Of a DNA stretch of 64,000 nt, positions 1-13,084 are shown piece by piece. How positions within the stretch are numbered: position 1 is the first letter of the stretch; every line of letters starts with the position of its first letter. A program made the translations under genes and the position numbers. Source of the stretch: Macrostomum lignano (lineage: Eukaryota); contig NIVC01001175.1 in assembly GCA_002269645.1 (NCBI GenBank), forward strand, positions 141,709 to 205,708, written 5' to 3'. Under the pieces are notes generated by a model. That model had not been told where the DNA came from and did no database searches. It saw only the letters and a program-made list of their open reading frames with translations.

Positions 1-561
1 TTTCATGCGCTCTCGTCCCATTTCTCTTAGGTCTTTTTGTTTGATGAGTCGCATCTGCCGGCGGCTCTCTAGCTATCTACTGTGACAGCGAGGCTCTCGC
101 TTGAAAAGCTGGGAACAGGCCGCGAAGATCTCTAAATAAACTTACCTGAAGTGTTTCTGAATTACGTCGTATGCTGGCACTCCACTGCAGGTGGTCTTAT
201 TGTAGTTCTCTCCCTATCCAGACCTTCAATAATAAGTGACAGAAAATCTGAGGCTGTTTCATTGTTGTTAGCAACGCTGAGATTTGCAGTATGCTTTTGT
301 AAAAGCCTGACAGCTAGGCTAATTTCTTTTAAAGGTAGTCGCTTTCCTTAGTTTTCTACCTAAGCTTTATTGCTTCACTTAATTGAAGTATTCTTGACAG
401 GTCTATTTTTAGCAAGAATTGTAACAGCTATTTCAGCCACGGTACAGTATTAGTTAGTACTAATATCAAGTAAGATCATGTAACATGTTGAGATTTCACT
501 GCATGTAGCTTACTTTTGATGGAAACAAAATCTAGATATCAATATCAATGCAGGAGTAAGT

Positions 562-2160
562 ACAGTCTTAAGTACAGTACTCAAGTACAGCCTCAAGTAC
601 AGTACTCAAGTACAGCCTTAAGTACAGTACTCAAGTACAGCCTCAAGTACAGTACTCAAGTACAGCCTTAAGTACAGTACTCAAGTACAGCCTCAAGTAC
701 AGTACTCAAGTACAGCCTTAAGTACAGTACTCAAGTACAGCCTCAAGTACAGTACTCAAGTACAGTACTCAAGTACAGTACTCAAGTACAGCCTCAAGTA
801 CAGTACTCAAGTACAGCCTCAAGTACAGTACTCAAGTACAGCCTCAAGTACAGTACTCAAGTACAGCCTCAAGTACAGTACTCAAGTACAGCCTCAAGTA
901 CAGTACTCAAGTACAGCCTTAAGTACAGTACTCAAGTACAGCCTCAAGTACAGTACTCAAGTACAGCCTTAAGTACAGTACTCAAGTACAGCCTCAAGTA
1001 CAGTACTCAAGTACAGCCTCAAGTACAGTACTCAAGTACAGCCTCAAGTACAGTACTCAAGTACAGCCTCAAGTACAGTACTCAAGTACAGCCTCAAGTA
1101 CAGCCTCAAGTACAGTACTCAAGTACAGCCTCAAGTACAGTACTCAAGTACAGCCTTAAGTACAGTACTCAAGTACAGCCTCAAGTACAGTACTCAAGTA
1201 CAGTACTCAAGTACAGTACTCAAGTACAGCCTCAAGTACAGTACTCAAGTACAGCCTCAAGTACAGTACTCAAGTACAGCCTCAAGTACAGTACTCAAGT
1301 ACAGCCTCAAGTACAGTACTCAAGTACAGCCTTAAGTACAGTACTCAAGTACAGCCTCAAGTACAGTACTCAAGTACAGCCTTAAGTACAGTACTCAAGT
1401 ACAGCCTCAAGTACAGTACTCAAGTACAGCCTCAAGTACAGTACTCAAGTACAGTACTCAAGTGCAGCCTGAAGTACAGTACTCAAGTACGGCCTCAAGT
1501 ATAGTACTCAAGTACAGCCTCAAGTACAGTACTCAAATACAGCCTCAAGTACAGTACTCAAGTACGGCCTCAAGTACAGTACTCAAGTACAGCCTCAAGT
1601 ACAGTACTCAAGTACAGCCTCAAGTACAGTACTCAAGTGCAGCCTCAAGTACAGTACTCAAGTACGGCCTCAAGTATAGTACTCAAGTACAGCCTCAAGT
1701 ACAGTACTCAAGTACAGCCTCAAGTACAGCCTCAAGTACAGTACTCAAGTACAGCCTCAAGTACAGAACTCAAGTACAGCCTCAAGTACAGTACTCAAGT
1801 GCAGCCTGAAGTACAGTACTCAAGTACGGCCTCAAGTATAGTACTCAAGTACAGCCTCAAGTACAGTACTCAAATACAGCCTCAAGTACAGTACTCAAGT
1901 ACGGCCTCAAGTACAGTACTCAAGTACAGCCTCAAGTACAGTACTCAAGTACAGCCTCAAGTACAGTACTCAAGTGCAGCCTCAAGTACAGTACTCAAGT
2001 ACGGCCTCAAGTATAGTACTCAAGTACAGCCTCAAGTACAGTACTCAAGTACGGCCTCAAGTACAGTACTCAAGTACAGCCTCAAGTACAGTACTCAAGT
2101 ACAGCCTCAAGTACAGTACTCAAGTACAGCCTCAAGTACAGTACTCACGTGCAGCCTGAA
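562..2160. repeat. Minisatellite built from 13-bp (caagtacagtact) and 12-bp (caagtacagcct) monomers
   Basis: Direct tandem periodicity; the ORFs at 1462-2191 are translations of the repeat. Confidence 0.95.
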
Positions 2161-2823
2161 GTTATCGTATCATTTTAAAGAGATTTTTTAGAGTCCACCA
2201 TAGATCTTGTTTATGATCTTTGGAGTCCACTAACTAATCTAGCGCGATCGCCGTCTTTATTGTCTATGGCCACGACTTGCTAACCCCGTCGCTCTGTTTA
2301 CAGAACCAACCTTCGCGAATATTTCATGAAAATATCGGCTGTTATCCTCTATGATATTTAAACGGCACCCTCTGATTTCCAATTTACGCCCTTAAACATG
2401 GGTATTAATATACTATTGACAGAAAATAACAAATTAAAAATAAAAAGAATAAATTAAAGACGAAAAACAGATCTATTGTGCCTTTCAGGTCTAATCTATT
2501 AAGAAAAACTGTGATTTTTGTCAAATGAAGGATCAACTTTATTTAATATCTATGAAATAGCGGTAGTCTCTATAGCGCACACAGATTGATCATCTAAAAA
2601 CATTTATTGTGCTACAGAAGTACTTTGATTAAATACGAGTCGTACTTATAAAAAACTTATCAAAATCATCAAGGTTTTGTTGTCGAAATTAGTTCATAAA
2701 AAAAGAGAAATTAAAGAGTGTAAACTTTCGGGCAACTGGTCAGCTGGTACAGTGTTCCCTACAGACTCTGATGAAGAGTATTGTTAAATCTGCAATTTGC
2801 GGTCGCACATGCAGTTGAATTGT

Positions 2824-3368
2824 TTAGAAGCTGCGCAGCATAGCGGCGATCAGGAGCGGCAGAGCCAGCGTCAGCGGCACGGCGGCGCGCACGGCACCGA
2901 AGGCGGAGTTGCACTGGTCGCTGGCGCAGGCAGAGCAGCCGTACGAGGATGGCAAGAGGCTGCTGCACGTGCCACAGCCGCCGACGTATTGCTGCAAAAG
3001 AGAATTCAGTGCAAGCAGCAGGTCAGCCATTTTGATAGATTAGAAGGCTTGAACTACTAATGTAACTGCCTACCGTGCCGGTGTACGATTCCGCGAAAGT
3101 GATGCTCGATGCCGCTGTCGTAGTGGTGACGGAGTACTTGAAGCAGGTGGAGTAGCTGCTGCCGCACTCCAGAGCCAAGGGAGTGCCACCGGTGATGCCG
3201 CTGTAGCTGTACACCAGGCACTTGATGGCCTGGCCAGCGCCTGAGGGAGTGACGAAGGTGAAACGGTGCGAGTCCCGCAGTGCAACTCAAGCACAACTTC
3301 CCTAATCACTTACCGATCATGGAGGCCAGGACCAGCAGTCCCAGGCAGATGTAACTGGACTTGTTCAT
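2824..3368 (-). CDS. Ly6/uPAR (three-finger) family GPI-anchored protein, 129 aa, 3 exons
   Basis: complement(join(2824..2991,3074..3240,3314..3368)). All introns are GT-AG and phases match (1,0). The product has a signal peptide (MNKSSYICLGLLVLASMIG), 8 Cys ending in CSACASDQCN, and a hydrophobic GPI-type C-terminus. Confidence 0.85.
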
Positions 3369-3463
3369 ATCGGTGCTGCTTGGTAAAGCTTGACTGATTC
3401 TGGGCGATTAATAGATGCAGGAGAAGGCGCGCTCTGGAGCGGAGAAGCGCGAGTTTGGGCGGC

Positions 3464-3471
3464 TTTATATA
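3464..3471 (-). promoter_or_regulatory. Candidate TATA box (TATATAAA) of the Ly6 gene
   Basis: About 95 nt upstream of the ATG in GC-rich context; position-based inference. Confidence 0.5.
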
Positions 3472-4074
3472 GACTTGCTGGGGCGGCACGCTCCCGCGGG
3501 AAAACGTGCGGCTGAGGGTGGGTTGGTCAGAGACTGCAAATCCTGCGTTTTAGGGCAGGTTGGGGTGTAGGGTAGAGTCTTAGGGCCCTGTTAGTAGCAC
3601 CTTTGTATCTTCTTACTCCGTTGCTACCGCGTTCCTAGCAACTGGCGCAACCCCTCCTCCTACTTAAATGCTTTGATTGTGTGAGAATGCTTTGATGCTT
3701 TGATACTTTGAACACAACCACTACGTCTGCGCTACGGGGCCAGAGAGAAGTGGGTGAGGGGATGAAGAACGCCTTGAGTGCAGATAGCAGGCATTTTTAA
3801 AATGAAAAAATGAATACTTGCACAATGCCGCGAGAAACACAATACCGCTGGGCCAAAACTTTCTTATTAGGGGGGGGGGGGTTGGCTGAGATTGAATACT
3901 ACTGGCATTGGATACCATGGCAACGCAACTTCTCTTCTGTATTCTCTGCTCCCTCTCTGCTGTCTGCCTCTCTTTTACTCATTCTGTGAGTCTTTTAATC
4001 TCTTCCAAAGGCGCATTGCTGTCGAAGTAGTTTAGCCATTCTCAAAACTAGTTTGACAATCACTTCGATCTGTA

Positions 4075-6160
4075 TGAGGATCACTCCAATCTGTGTGGGA
4101 GAGTCACTCCAATCTCTGTGTGAGAATCACTCCAATCTGTGTGAGAATCACTCTAATCTCTTTGTGAGAATGACTCCAATCTGTGTGGGAGAATCACTCC
4201 AATCTCTGTGTGAGAATCACTCCAATCTGTGTGAGAATCACTCTAATCTCTTTGTGAGAATGACTCCAATCTGTGTGGGAGAATCACTCCAATCTCTGTG
4301 TGAGAATCACTCCAATCTGTGTGAGAATCACTCTAATCTCTTTGTGAGAATGACTCCAATCTGTGTGGGAGAGTCACTCCAATCTCTGTGTGAGAATCAC
4401 TCCAATCAGTGTAAGAATCACTCCAATCTCTGTGTAAGAATCACTCCAATCTCTGTGTCAGAATCACTCTAATCTGTGTGAGAATCACTCTAATCTCTTT
4501 GTGAGAATGACTCCAATCTGTGTGGGAGAGTCACTCCAATCAGTGTGAGTCGTGTGAGAATCACTTCAATCAGTGTGAGAATCGCTCCAATCTCTGTAAA
4601 AGAATCACTCCAATCTCTGTGTGAGAATCACTCCAATCTGTGTGAGAATCACTCCAATCTGTGAGAATGAGATCTAGAGTGTGAGAATCACTCTAATCTC
4701 TTTGTGAGAATGACTCCAATCTGTGTGGGAGAGTCACTCCAATCTCTGTGTGAGAATCACTCCAATCAGTGTGAGTCGTGTGAGAATCACTCCAATCAGT
4801 GTGAGAATCACTCCAATCTCTTTGTGAGAATGACTCCAATCTGTGTGGGAGAATCACTCCAATCTGTGTGAGAATCACTCTAATCTCTTTGTGAGAATGA
4901 CTCCAATCAGTGTGAGAATCACTCCAATCAGTGTGAGAATCACTCCAATCTCTGTGTGAGAATCACTCCAATCTGTGTGAGAATCACTCTAATCTCTTTG
5001 TGAGAATGACTCCAATCTGTGTGGGAGAGTCACTCCAATCTCTGTGTGAGAATCACTCCAATCAGTGTGAGAATCACTCTAATCTCTGTAAAAGAATCAC
5101 TCCAATCTCTGTGTGAGAATCACTCCAATCTGTGTGAGAATCACTCCAATCTCTGTGTCAGAATCACTCCAATCTCTGTGTGAGAATCACTCCAATCTGT
5201 GTGAGAATCACTCTAATCTCTTTGTGAGAATGACTCCAATCTGTGTGGGAGAGTCACTCCAATCTCTGTGTGAGAATCACTCCAATCAGTGTGAGTCGTG
5301 TGAGAATCACTCCAATCAGTGTGAGAATCACTCCAATCTCTGTAAAAGAATCACTCCAATCTCTGTGTGAGAATCACTCCAATCAGTGTGAGTCGTGTGA
5401 GAATCACTTCAATCAGTGTGAGAATCGCTCCAATCTCTGTAAAAGAATCACTCCAATCTCTGTGTCAGAATCACTCCAATCTCTGTGTGAGAATCACTCC
5501 AATCTGTGAGAATGAGATCTAGAGTGTGAGAATCACTCCAATCAGTGTGAGAATCACTCCAATCTCTGTAAAAGAATCACTCCAATCTCTGTGTGAGAAT
5601 CACTCCAATCTGTGTGAGAATCACTCTAATCTCTTTGTGAGAATGACTCCAATCAGTGTGAGAATCACTCCAATCTGTGTGAGAATCACTCTAATCTCTT
5701 TGTGAGAATGACTCCAATCTGTATGGGAGAGTCACTCCAATCTCTGTGTGAGAATCACTCCAATCTGTGTGAGAATCACTCCAATCTGTGTGTAAGAATC
5801 ACTCTAATCTGTGTGTAAGAATCACTCCCAATCTCTGTGTGAGAATCACTCCAATCTGTGTGTGAGAATCACTTCAATCTGTGTGTAAGAATCACTCACA
5901 ATCTCTGTGTGAGAATCACTCCAATCTGTGTGAGAATCACTCCGATATGTATGTGAGAATCCTCCAATCTGCGTGAGAATCACTCCAATCTGTGTGAGAA
6001 TCACTCCGATGTGTATGTGAGAATCCTCCAATCTGCGTGAGAATCACTCCAATCTGTGTAAGAATCATTCCAATCTTCGGGAGAATCACTCCAATCTCTG
6101 TGTGAGAATTACTCCAATCTGTGTGTGAGAATCACTCCAACCTGCCTGAGAGTCACCCCA
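4075..6160. repeat. Minisatellite, ~20-22-bp unit (gtgagaatcactccaatct+)
   Basis: Direct tandem periodicity with length variants. Confidence 0.95.
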
Positions 6161-8222
6161 ATCTGTATAATATATAAATGTAAAATCTGTATAAAATTTC
6201 TATAATGACACACGGAAGCAGTTTAACCGATATATTGTTTTATAATTTGTAGCTAGCTGTTCCATTGTTACCTAATATGAACTCGTACCTTATTAGCCTT
6301 ATGGCAATGCTATTGCTATATTTTATTTAGTAAATTTGTTTTTTTGTTGAATTCAGATTCTGTTGACTTGCTAGAAGTTGTGGAAGGCATGACTGTAGCT
6401 TGCAGTTGTTAATTTAGAATGGAGAAAGGAGAACCCTTTTTAAAGACCATAGGCCTACTAGTGAGGTGGGGGGGAAGATTTAAAATTTGAAAGTTGGTAA
6501 TTTTGAAAAGTTGGGTCTCTTCGAAACCGAACGGCGTTGAGTTCGCACGAATTAAATCCGGAAAATCGCGCAGACGAATCACAACGAGTTTTCTCCTTTG
6601 TTACTCCGACAGCCGGGTTCCTCAAGTCCGGGGGGAGGGTAGTCGTCGTCGTAGCAGAGCGGTCATTAGAGTGGCACGGTCGTTCAGATGATAGACACCG
6701 TAGATTTTGAATTAGACGTTGAATTCGCTGAATTGCTTACTGTCAGTAGGGTAGAGCTGCCACCACCGTAATTTACGTATTACGGAACGTTGAAGTCTCA
6801 GACTTTCTTTGAGTTGAGAACTTGGTTGTTTTACGCCCCACGGGCAAATGACAATATAGACTAACGAGGCTTCAGTTAATTGATAAGAAAATTAAACAGC
6901 ACTTATTAAGGTTTATTAAGTTTAACGGCGAGTAAATGTTAATGGTTGACACACGATGGAATCTAGTGATTATTAATGCGACAGAGTGCTAAATTTGGAA
7001 CGGCGAGACTGAACCGACGTGCCGGGGTGCTAAATTATTACCACAAAATCCAAAATCCTAAGCTTAATTAATGAGCGGATAAACGAAGTTTCCGAAGCAA
7101 TAGAAGGAAAAGTTAAAAGTGGAAAAAGTGGAAAAACAAGAGCAAGAGAGAGCGAGGGCACAGCGAAAGCATGCTTGAACACTAAAATTTCCCATACATT
7201 AAATATTGAGCCAAAATTGTATGGGCATCAATTGGGATAAGCAAAGGCCAACACTGGGGCCATAACCGGAACCTAACAGTGGTACATTGATTGGCACAAC
7301 AAAATAATAGACAAAAATTAGACACAAGTAAATGAGAGCACGGGGGTGGGGCCACAAGGGGGACCCCAGACGGGAAAGAACAGACCACACAAGGGCGCAA
7401 CAGCGGGACCAACCAAAGGGGCAAACCCGGGAACAGGAGATGGCGGGACTACGTCATTTCACCTCATGGTGGACAAAGTGGGCCAAAACCCAGGAAACAA
7501 CACAAAAACACCGTGGTAGCCCCACCTACCACACTAGCTTAAAAGCTTTGTTACGTCCTGATACAACGCCAACTTTTAGTGGTCCTTGCGCGCAAGCGTG
7601 TTTAGGACTCACCGGAAGTGAGAGCGTTTCCGCCTCCGCCCCCGCCAGCAGCCAGAAGAACGTCGGAGTCGAGCTCGGGGCCGGCCGCGTACACGAACGA
7701 ACCTATTTGTGATGCTTGCATTTCGAGTCCAGATGGAGACAAAAATTGGGATCCAAACCACAAGTGGTCTTCTTTAGTTTCGTCTTACTGTCGAATAACA
7801 ACTTCATTGATATACTTCAGGAATGTATGATAGAAGCGTTTTCGGTTTGGATCTTTATCGGAATAAGTGTATCTCAATGAAAATATCTGACTCACGGATA
7901 CCCTACATACCCTGGCGCACAATGAATTAAGACCACCAAGTAAAATTATTTATTTCCCATACTGGTCTTTAAACTAAGTTCGTGTGCTAAATTGTAAGCA
8001 AAACTTGTAGGAAAATTGCTTTATGCTATTTGTATAGTATTTTGGTTCAATTTCCAGCAGTTTTTATTTTTAGTTCAAAAACTGATATTTGAATGGGAAG
8101 TACAGCTTTAGGTTAAACATAGTAATAAGACCATGTATAAATACTAGGGAAATAAGTAAAGCAACCGTCACTGTTATCCAACTAACTACTCTAATACTTT
8201 GTAGCATGTCCTTTTGACTTAA

Positions 8223-8813
8223 TCACAGCACTGCACCGCCTAGGCATGCTGTACACCAGCTTCTGGCACACTTCTGCCGCAATGGCAGTCCACGAGTCCT
8301 CAATGATGCGGTACAGCTGATCAAGAGAAGCTGGCTACTGCCTCTGGATGTCTCACTCGACCCAGTTCTCAGATTATCAATCGGATTGAGGTGTGGTGAC
8401 TGCGCTGGCCAGTCCATGGTGCGGAGTTTGTTCTCAACAAGCCGTGCCTTCACAAGCTTGGGGGTGTGCTTTGGATCGCTGTCCTGTTGAAACTGCCAGC
8501 TGTTCACTGCACCCAGTGGCAGCACATCTGCTGCCTCTGGTAGGTGGCTGCCAAGGATGTCACGGCACTTCGGACTGTCCATGATGCCCTCAATGCGAGA
8601 TATTGACCCCGGTCCAGCTCTGGAGAATGCAGCCCACACCATGACATTGCCACCTCCATGCTTCATGGTACCAACGGTGCACCTGGGATCGAATTCCTGA
8701 CCAGCTCGGCGGCGCACATACTGGCGGCCATCAGAACCGTGCGGGAAAATTTTCTCTCGTCACTCCAGATGGCCTCGGCCCAGTCCTGGGGTGTCCAGCT
8801 TGCATGCTGCTTC
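8223..8813 (-). pseudogene. Tc1-family transposase catalytic domain, 5'-truncated and frameshifted
   Basis: Motifs QHASWTPQDWAEAIWSDERKF, KHGGGNVMVWAAFS, FQQDSDPKH and WPAQSPHLNPIDNL (catalytic E reads D). The DNA-binding N-terminus is absent. Confidence 0.85.
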
Positions 8814-9105
8814 GTATCGGAGACCGAGCCTCATTACGCAATGATAGAACTTGAACTGCTGGCTGCTGCTGCTTGGGCAGCGAAGAAATGCCGTCTTTTT
8901 CTCGAATGATTGAAACACTTCAAAATAGTAATCGATCATAGACCGCTGGAGCCGATCTTAAATAAGTATACTTTGGACCAAATCGATAATCCAAGGTTGC
9001 AGCGACAGCGCCAGAAGTTAGACTGTTTCAGACTGTTTCCAGTATACAGCCAGATGGATTAAAGGCAGTATTCACAAGGACGCAGATGCACTATCAAGGG
9101 CCCCA

Positions 9106-10404
9106 GTGGATCAGGCTAAGAGTGATGATGAAATTGCAGAGGATCACAAGGAGAGTCTTACTCTAGCCATTAACGAGTTGTCTGCTTCGGACAGTAAAGT
9201 ACTGCAAGTGTCCAAAAGCGATTCCGAATATCAAGAACTGAAGTTGATGATTCTCGATGGATTTCCTGACGAGAAAGATAATTTTCCGCTGTCTCTGAGG
9301 CCATACTGGAGCATGCGTGAGAATTTCGCTGTTGAAGCAAAACTAATACTAGTTGGAAAGAGATTATTGATACCGAAAGAGATGAGACGAGAAGTGCTCG
9401 AACACCTGCTAAGTATGCACCACGGAGCAGCAAAGATGAAGGAGAGAGCGCGCCTGTCGTTTTATTGGCCTGGCATTGACAACGACATTGTGAATGTAGC
9501 AAAACACTGTGTAAGATGTCAAGAGAATCTTCCGAGTCAGCAGAAGGAGCCAATGTTTAGGGGAGAAGAGCCCGATAGAGTGTTCCAGCCCCTTCACATT
9601 GATCTGTTCGAATTTGGAGGGAAGAGTTTCTTGGTAACAGCCAATGGCAAGTCCGGATGGGTGAGACTCGACAGTCTGGGTTCTCACGCGCCAACATACA
9701 AAATTATAAATTACCTGAGGCAGAGATTTTGCCAGAAAGGAGTTCCCGATGTCATTTGGAGCGACAACGGACCGCAGTTCACGGCAAAGCCATTCCAGCG
9801 ATTCCTGGAGCGATGGGAAGTTGAGAGTCGGACGTCATCTCCAAGGTATCCGCAAAGTAACGGAAAGGCGGAGGCCGCAGTAAAGGCCATGAAAAAAACT
9901 GATGAGAGGCAGCTGGAACTCCATCTACGTGAGCCAGACTGGGACAAACTGAGCAAAGGACTCCTGATCTACATCAACTCACCTCGATACGATGGCCGAT
10001 CACCAGCACAAATAGTGTTCTGACACCCAGTCAAGGACACATTACCAATTCATCGGCGTGCATTTGCCAAAGAGTGGCAACAAGCAGCTGACGAAGTAGA
10101 AGCAAGGGCAATTTCCAAGCACGAGAAGGTGAAACAGCACTACAACACGTCTGCAAAGGAGTTACCGAAATTGAAGGTGGCTGATCGCGTGGCAATTCAA
10201 GACTCACAGACCAGGAAATGGGACCACTACGGAGTGATCGTTGAGGTAATGCGCAACAACGACTTCCTAGTCAGACTAACCAGCGAAAGAGTTCTACGTA
10301 GGAACCGGAGGTTTCTGGCGAGGCGATTGCCCATGATGGTTGAGAACCGACAAAGGAAGCCAGAACCACAAGGCGCAGGACTAGGGACCAGTGGAATCGA
10401 ATAG
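9106..10404 (+). pseudogene. Gypsy integrase (HHCC zinc finger + DDE core + C-terminal domain), stop at 10021-10023
   Basis: HHGAAKMKERARLSFYWPGIDNDI..CVRC, LHIDLF, SDNGPQF, SNGKAEAAVK, and C-terminal VLRRNRRFL in ORF 10129-10404. Confidence 0.88.
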
Positions 10405-10537
10405 AATGAACCTCGTTGCAGCCGGCGAATCAGGAGACCCCCGGAGAGGATCCAAGCCGATCCCCGCAAAAAGTCCTATACGTGAACAATTTAATTTGAA
10501 AAGGGGGTATGAGGGCTGCTGACTTTAAAGGGGGAGA

Positions 10538-10657
10538 TGTTGTATTGTTGTCTGTTGTCTATGTTATACCCAAGAAATACGAGCGTATATCGTATTGAGC
10601 TCGAGCTCTCAAGTGAGAGAGCTAAGTTTTTCTGTTCGCTCAACTCGCATCGCAACA
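10538..10657 (+). repeat. Putative 3' LTR (120 bp, TGTTG...CAACA)
   Basis: Follows the PPT and has 5-bp terminal inverted repeats. The right boundary is inferred; no second LTR is available for comparison. Confidence 0.6.
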
Positions 10658-11264
10658 CATGGAATGGTACTTTATAATTTTTAGATGTTTTTCACGAGGG
10701 AAGGGACTCCAATTGAGCACACTCAATTGCGAGTAATTGCCCAACGCATCACTCATTTAATTAATTGATACCATGTTTTCTATAACTGATTAGATTAAAA
10801 TGCTCCCGCAATCTGTGTAGGTTATGAAGTTAAAAGTTCAAATTTATGTTAGGCGGTCTTAATTCATTGTGCGCCACTGTACATGTTTGCGCTCAGCTCT
10901 TAATTCGCTTCCAGTGAAGTTAGTTTTTTTTCACTGGCAGCGTTGCGAAACAGGTTCCCTTTAAGAACCCTCGATCACCAGGAAGGACCCTGGTCTCAGC
11001 TCACCTTCACCAGACTGCTGACACTTTGACAACCCCGACAACTGAGTTCCGCGTGCGCGCTGCACCCTATTAAACCCGGCAAAACTCAAACTTTTTCTTC
11101 CGTAGTCACTGTGTGTTTCCCAGTTGGCTGTTTGATAAGGCACAAATCTGTAACTGCGTGCTTACAGAAATGTATGAGATAAGGATCAATGTTTGCAAAA
11201 TTTTCCCTGCGACCAGAACACAGTGGCTGTTTGATAAACACTTTATCATTTTTAATTTCACTAT

Positions 11265-11520
11265 CGGACTCGACTTTGGGTTCGATTTCCGATCCCACTG
11301 GAACAATTTGAGTCCCTGAGCTGAGGACACTTAACTCTGCATTGCTTCAGTTCACCCAGCTGTAAAATGGGTGCCAGCATTAGCTGGGGTAATTAAGGGT
11401 GTGTGGCGACCCCCCAGCAGTCCTTGGACTGAACAGCCGTACGCAGCCTTCAGATGCGCCGCGCAATTGCTGCGGCTGAGCTGTCAGTAGCACGTCTGCC
11501 ATAAGGGCAGTTGTAATAAA
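11265..11520 (+). mobile_element. tRNA-derived SINE family A, 5'-degenerate copy
   Basis: Shares cttcagttcacccagc...cagtccttggactgaacagccgtacgcagccttcagatgcgccgcgcaa with the copies at 41.5 kb and 48.8 kb, and its 3' part with the 13.1 kb copy. Confidence 0.75.
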
Positions 11521-12224
11521 AAAAATATTGAACATAATTAACAGTGCAAACTATAGGCTCTGACCGTAGAAGGAGGCGCTGAAGCTTCCAGGTTCCGGGT
11601 AATATCTGTCGAAGCTCAAGGATATTAAGGCAGAGTCTGGTTGCAGAGAGATGTTAAAATCTTACCGTAATGTGCTACTTAAAGTAAAAATCTAAGAAAA
11701 ATCAATCTAAATCTGCAGCCAAATCTTTTAATTTTTTAATGAGTCGTGTAAACAGTGGCAAAAAAGCCTACATAGGACTAAAGTTTGTTTGATCAAGTTA
11801 CCAGAATTCAGCAGCTTCCATTGCTTCTGATTCGATCTCGCTTTTGGTCAACTTCAGATAAAGTCAAGCAAGCACCCCCTGAGACAAGCAGAAAGCTCAC
11901 GAACACCTTTCGAGACCACAGCCAGATGTCGGAAAATCACAGGAGCACGCATAGGTTTCAAAGTTAGTTTAATGCCGAAAATTTGTATATAGCTACATAG
12001 GCATTTGTTCCCCAGTGTCTAGAAGTGGAAGTTTTGAGTGACTGATCACCACTCTTAAACTCTTCACTGTGGTTTCGGCGAAGCTGGCAGACACGCAGAT
12101 GCCAGCAAGGGAGCCGATGACAACCGCTAAGAATTGAGAATAATCTCTGCGTGATACGTTAAGAGAATTTTCTAGAAAAAGATTCAATGGGAAACTTGAC
12201 TTTACACTAGTGACAGAGTATAGT

Positions 12225-12370
12225 ACCTGTGGGTTCGAATCAGAGTGCGGTCACACTTCAACTAAAGTTGGCCCCGTGCGCTTCACGACAGCCAATGACG
12301 GCCAACCCTCGAGGCACAGAAAAGTATGGCCACTGTACACTTTAAGTGGCACTGTACATGCTAGAGGTCG
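12225..12370 (+). mobile_element. Possible SINE family B fragment
   Basis: B-box-like ggttcgaatc, and ggccaaccc..aggcacag shared with 44133-44420. Confidence 0.4.
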
Positions 12371-12397
12371 GCCTCTCTCTCTGGAAGAACATGTCGA

Positions 12398-13080
12398 GGT
12401 TGTAGACTAGTAGGGGGGTTGTAAACTAGAAGTACGCTCGTAGGAGGGTTGTAGACTATCTAGTAGTTGGGTTGTAGACTAGAAGTACGCTCGTAGGAGG
12501 GTTGTAGACTAGTAGGGGGGTTGTAGACTAGTAGGGGGGTTGTAGACTAGTAGGGGGGTTGTAGACTAGTAGGGGGTTGTATACTAGTAGGGGGTTATAG
12601 ACTAGTAGGGGGTTGTAGACTAGTAGGGGGGTTGTAGACTAGTAGGGGGGTTGTAGACTAGTAGGGGGTTGTAGCCTAGTAGGGGGTTGTAGACTAGTAG
12701 GGGGGTTGTAGACTAGTAGGGGGTTGTATACTAGTAGGGGGTTGTAGACTAGTAGGGGGGTTGTCGACTAGTAGGTGGGTTGTAGACTAGTAGGGGGTTG
12801 TAGACTAGTAGGGGGTTGTAGCCTAGTAGGGGGGTTGTAGCCTAGTAGGAGGGTTGTAGACTAGTAGAGGGGTTGTAGCCTAGTAGGAGGGTTGTAGACT
12901 AGTAGAGGGGTTGTAGCCTAGTAGGAGGGTTGTAGACTAGTAGGTGGGTTGTAGACTAGTAGGGGGTTGTAGACTAGTAGGAGGGTTGTAGCCTAGTAGA
13001 GGGGTTGTAGCCTAGTAGGAGGGTTGTAGCCTAGTAGGAGGGTTGTAGCCTAGTAGGGGGTTGTAGACTAGTAGGGGGGT
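12398..13080. repeat. 19-20-bp minisatellite (gttgtagactagtaggggg)
   Basis: Direct periodicity; the unit resembles the 5' end of SINE family A. Confidence 0.93.
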
Positions 13081-13084
13081 TTTT

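Larger units (their letters stand above)
8811..10657 (+). mobile_element. Ty3/Gypsy LTR retrotransposon 3' fragment (RNase H end, integrase, PPT, 3' LTR)
   Basis: RNase H motifs ETEPHYAMIELELLA and IDHRPL; integrase follows. Polypurine tract aaagggggaga (10527-10537) directly precedes an LTR beginning TGTTG. Confidence 0.88.
7910..10879 (-). mobile_element. Tc1/mariner DNA transposon with 28-bp TIRs, interrupted by a Gypsy fragment
   Basis: Left TIR 7910-7937 (ccctggcgcacaatgaattaagaccacc) matches the reverse complement of 10852-10879 at 25/28 positions. TA is present at 7908-7909 and 10880-10881. Confidence 0.85.

Noticed and set aside
146-184. Possible 39-nt minus-strand exon (ctgcag...gtaag)
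   Set aside because: No recognisable peptide and no partner exons identified in the window.
6480-7860. Possible retroelement UTR or primer-binding site (tggtcctt near 7580)
   Set aside because: Only a short match to a tRNA-like PBS, with no LTR pair and no recognisable ORF; left unannotated.
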